From Blasia pusilla (lineage: Eukaryota): a stretch of 64,000 nucleotides of DNA. The notes beneath the pieces were generated by a model. The model was not told the DNA's origin. It saw only the letters and a list, made by a program, of their open reading frames with translations, and did not search any database. The stretch lies in contig CM114271.1 of assembly GCA_050084515.1 (NCBI GenBank), forward strand, positions 43,028,001-43,092,000, read 5' to 3'. This document shows, piece after piece, positions 60,652 through 64,000 of this stretch (the stretch's first letter is position 1; every line of letters begins with the position of its first letter). The translations under genes were made by a program, and so were the position numbers.

Positions 60652-63600
60652 CCAAAATGGCGGCATGATGTCTTATCCATGTTGCACCATAGAGTCACGA
60701 TGCGTATACATTGGTTATTGAAGCACACCCTATGAACCTTATCCCCAAATAGAAAATGTACATCTAGAACATCAAGATAGCCTATACATATACATTCGAT
60801 CATAAGTCAAATTTTATGTGTTCTTGATCAACCTATGCCTATGATAAGTGAAATTGTTGAATCATCCTTTCCAAAAGCGCCAACTAGTGCCCCCATGGAT
60901 GGAGGATCCCACACGCCAACGCATTACTAGCACTAGTCCTAATCTCCTCACTTACCATTCTATTCCTGCTACATCTTGGATCTGTTGGTTGATGTTCAAT
61001 AACATTAGATTTACTACCGCTCAAATGGTCCTAAAATACTCTCCCAAATCATCATCATCCCCAATTATCTTAAGGCAAATAGGTTGGCAGGGAGAGTAAA
61101 TTGCAAGTATGGCTTGGAGCCTAAACATCTAAGGGACTCAAGGATTAGGACCTAAAATTACCATGATTAGCTATAGAATATTGCTTTAGTTAGTACGCAT
61201 CCTTGGTAGTTTTTTCACCATACGTTTTTCTCTTTGGGATTGGAGAGAGCCAAACTTAACTACCACTATCTGACATAATATGGTTGAGACATTGAACCTT
61301 AGTGACCTTGATGGGTGAATGCAAGTATATTCTCAAAGGGAAAATATTTTTTGTAGAGTTATACCCATAGTATTTTAAGAACTTGGCTATTCCTCAAGAC
61401 AAGTTGCTCACCATATTGGTTTGTGATAGCCATTTGAAAAGGTGACATATGTCGTGTTTGAGTCCCCCTTTGAATGCGCCGCCCACAAGATAATGAAAAT
61501 ATCCTAGATGTGCATTGCTTAGTATATTACATCAAGCTGGATGTTACAGTATTACTTGGAGACTAGTTAGGAGATTTCATTTTCAATTAGGGGGAAATTG
61601 TGTGGTCTTGATGACTTTGTGTATGTATAAATGTATCTACGTGTGAGCATAAATATTTTCATGTGATCAGAACATCAATATTGCGTTTGGTGTGGATATG
61701 GCCATCGGTATGTATGAGCACAAAAGATGACATAAGACCTAAGAATATGAAAAAAAACTTAAAGAAAATGTAGACTTAGGTAAGGAATCAACATTAAAGG
61801 AAAAAATCCAAGAACATGTGACACATAAATGCAAAAAATTAGGTGTCCCCTATAGTTCGTAATGGAGGAAACACAATGCTAAGAGTTTGAAATTGAACCC
61901 AAAAAGGCAAGACAAGATAAAAAAATTTCACAATGAACGATAAGATTTATTATGTATAGCAATTGTAGCTTCAAACAAAACAAGGAATGGGAGGATTTAC
62001 TTGCTCTAGTTAGAATAAAAAAGGCATGAGAAGTATGCTTGGAATAGGGAATAGATTATGAAGAAGTGAAAGAGAGATCAAGTATGGACGATTAGAAAAG
62101 TGGATAGAGGTGTGCAATTGTATTGCTAGAGAGTCCCTTAATATGCCACGCTTCCTAAATTTGTTGACATGAATCAAGTGTATTAAACTATGTTAGAGGA
62201 ACCAAGTATGTAGCCCATCCACATGTACACTACCTACCTATTTTGCACCTTTAGTTGAGATTTTATTGTGAGATCTAAAGAATGAATTTGGAATTTTCAC
62301 CATAATTAGAAAGTCAAAAACCAAGATTATAATGAATGTACTTGGTATAGGTTTTTGGATTTTAGTCAATGACATATGTAGATAAGTCTATTTCAAAGAT
62401 TTTTTCCAAAAATCTCTTACATAGACTCATCATTATCTACCACCCAAAAGCTTTTTGATCCCTCCAAATTGCCTTGCCCACTTTATTTGCCGCCTAATAT
62501 AGATGACATTCTCAAAATTTTCTTTTTTGGGATAAAAAGAAAGTTTGTCATTGGAAGAGGGGTAGTTGGCGATTGAGCATCGATAGAAGAAGAGCTTCGA
62601 TGGAACCTGAACATGGAGATAACTCGACATACGAGAATACGCTACCGCTGCGGCTTCCGACTATTTCACTACTCAGGAAACTAGGGTTTTTTACCTATTT
62701 TTCTTTATTTCTATTAATAGAAAAATTTTGCCTCTATTACATCAGGGTGCCTCGCACCGTGATGCAATACAGGATTAGATAATCCTAGTAACGCTACTCC
62801 AGAAACCACGTACGCGATATTACTATGACTCCTTCGACGTCCAAGGCTAAACCATCTTTCTAAGCTTCTCCTCATACAAGGGGGCCAATCAAATTAATGG
62901 TGCTTAGAGAAGTGGATGTTGAGAATCCAACAGTTTTATCATTCATATTTTCTTAGAGATTTTTTTCATCAGTCATTATTTTTTTTTGTTTTGGGAATCA
63001 TATCTTTGAAATTTTTTTTAATGTTCTTATTTTCCAGTGCATTGTACGTGCTATTGAACATAATTTGTTTCTTTTTGAACTTGCATGAGTTGCATGTTTC
63101 CTGATGTAGAATGTTAAGACACATTCATATTGTCCTTTTTCATTCATCATACTAGCATTAAAAAAATCAGAATATTATTCTAATTAGGGGTTAAAAATGT
63201 AGAGCTCTTATTAACTACTTCATATCTTTTCTTAAATTTTAAAACTATTTATGTATATATTATGTATTTTTAGATATTTCCTTAAAAATATATATATTTT
63301 TTCCTTACCACTTGACAGATATTATATGTTCACCAAAATAATCAGCTTAGAAGAAAGATTAGGTAAAAAGGTTAAAGTTTTTAGAGAAGAGTGGTAAAAT
63401 GTAAAAAGATGAATTTCCAAGAAGAAAGGGCTTCATCATGAAAAAAAATCGGTGTTTGATTTTTGTTATGAGAGGGAAGAATAGATAGGGAATTTTAAGG
63501 TGGAGAAAGGAAGAGAGGATGAGAGAAATTTTCAAAAAAAAGAAATGCCAAATAAAGAATGTTGTAAAAGCGTTTAATTTTAAGAGAGACAAGAGAGATT

Positions 63601-64000
63601 GTTCGATTTGGAGGAGGTCCTTTTGAACCCTTCCCCTATCCGGATGGAGAGAAAATAATGGGCTCTCTTTGGAGATTAAAATAGGGTATGTGAGTCCCTA
63701 CCCATTTTGGAGGAGACAACAAAATACTTGTTGTCTATATCCCCATCTTTGTCCCTAGCCTTTCATGAGGACAAACATACAAAAGGATGGAAGAATCGAT
63801 TGTCTGCATTTCTATGTAGAGTACATGTATGAAAAGAATCGAGAAAAGAATAAGACTAAGAATGAGTTTGGTGGGTGGATAGTATGAGGAAATTAGAGAG
63901 TTGTTGGAAATAATCCTATGTTATGTATAGAACTAGTTATAGTCCCTCCCTCTCTCTAAGGCAGAAAAATTGATGGGATCCTCCCTATGCAAATGAGATG

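Noticed and set aside
57900-64000. Short ORFs in the AT-rich tail
   Set aside because: Probably decayed TE sequence; no motif I can support beyond the MITE.

Overview
Eukaryotic, most likely land-plant (bryophyte/moss-like; inference) genomic DNA. It holds one intact host gene, a 25-exon PRP28/DDX23-type DEAD-box splicing helicase at 16649-26041 (+), within transposon-derived sequence. The most unusual part is 1-12161: two nested, rearranged copies of a Ty3/Gypsy-type retrotransposon whose polyprotein reads gag-protease-DNMT3-like cytosine methyltransferase-RT-RNaseH-DDE integrase-PHD finger. The element lacks normal LTRs. It has split direct repeats (5' B ... PPT-A-B-A 3'), its integrated ends coincide with an internal palindrome (CACGACA-GC-TGTCGTG), it makes 4-bp TSDs, and its PBS is complementary to its own predicted transcript 5' end (Tf1-like self-priming). 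A solo B'A'-like unit of a related family splits the methyltransferase, and the 1438-6236 block is inverted. The rest of the window has a complete conventional chromovirus (47691-54921, 5-bp TSD, Met PBS), a 3' fragment of a relative, a MULE transposase pseudogene, three hAT MITEs with 8-bp TSDs, Copia remnants, and micro-, mini- and tandem repeats. All coordinates were read by eye and no searches were run.
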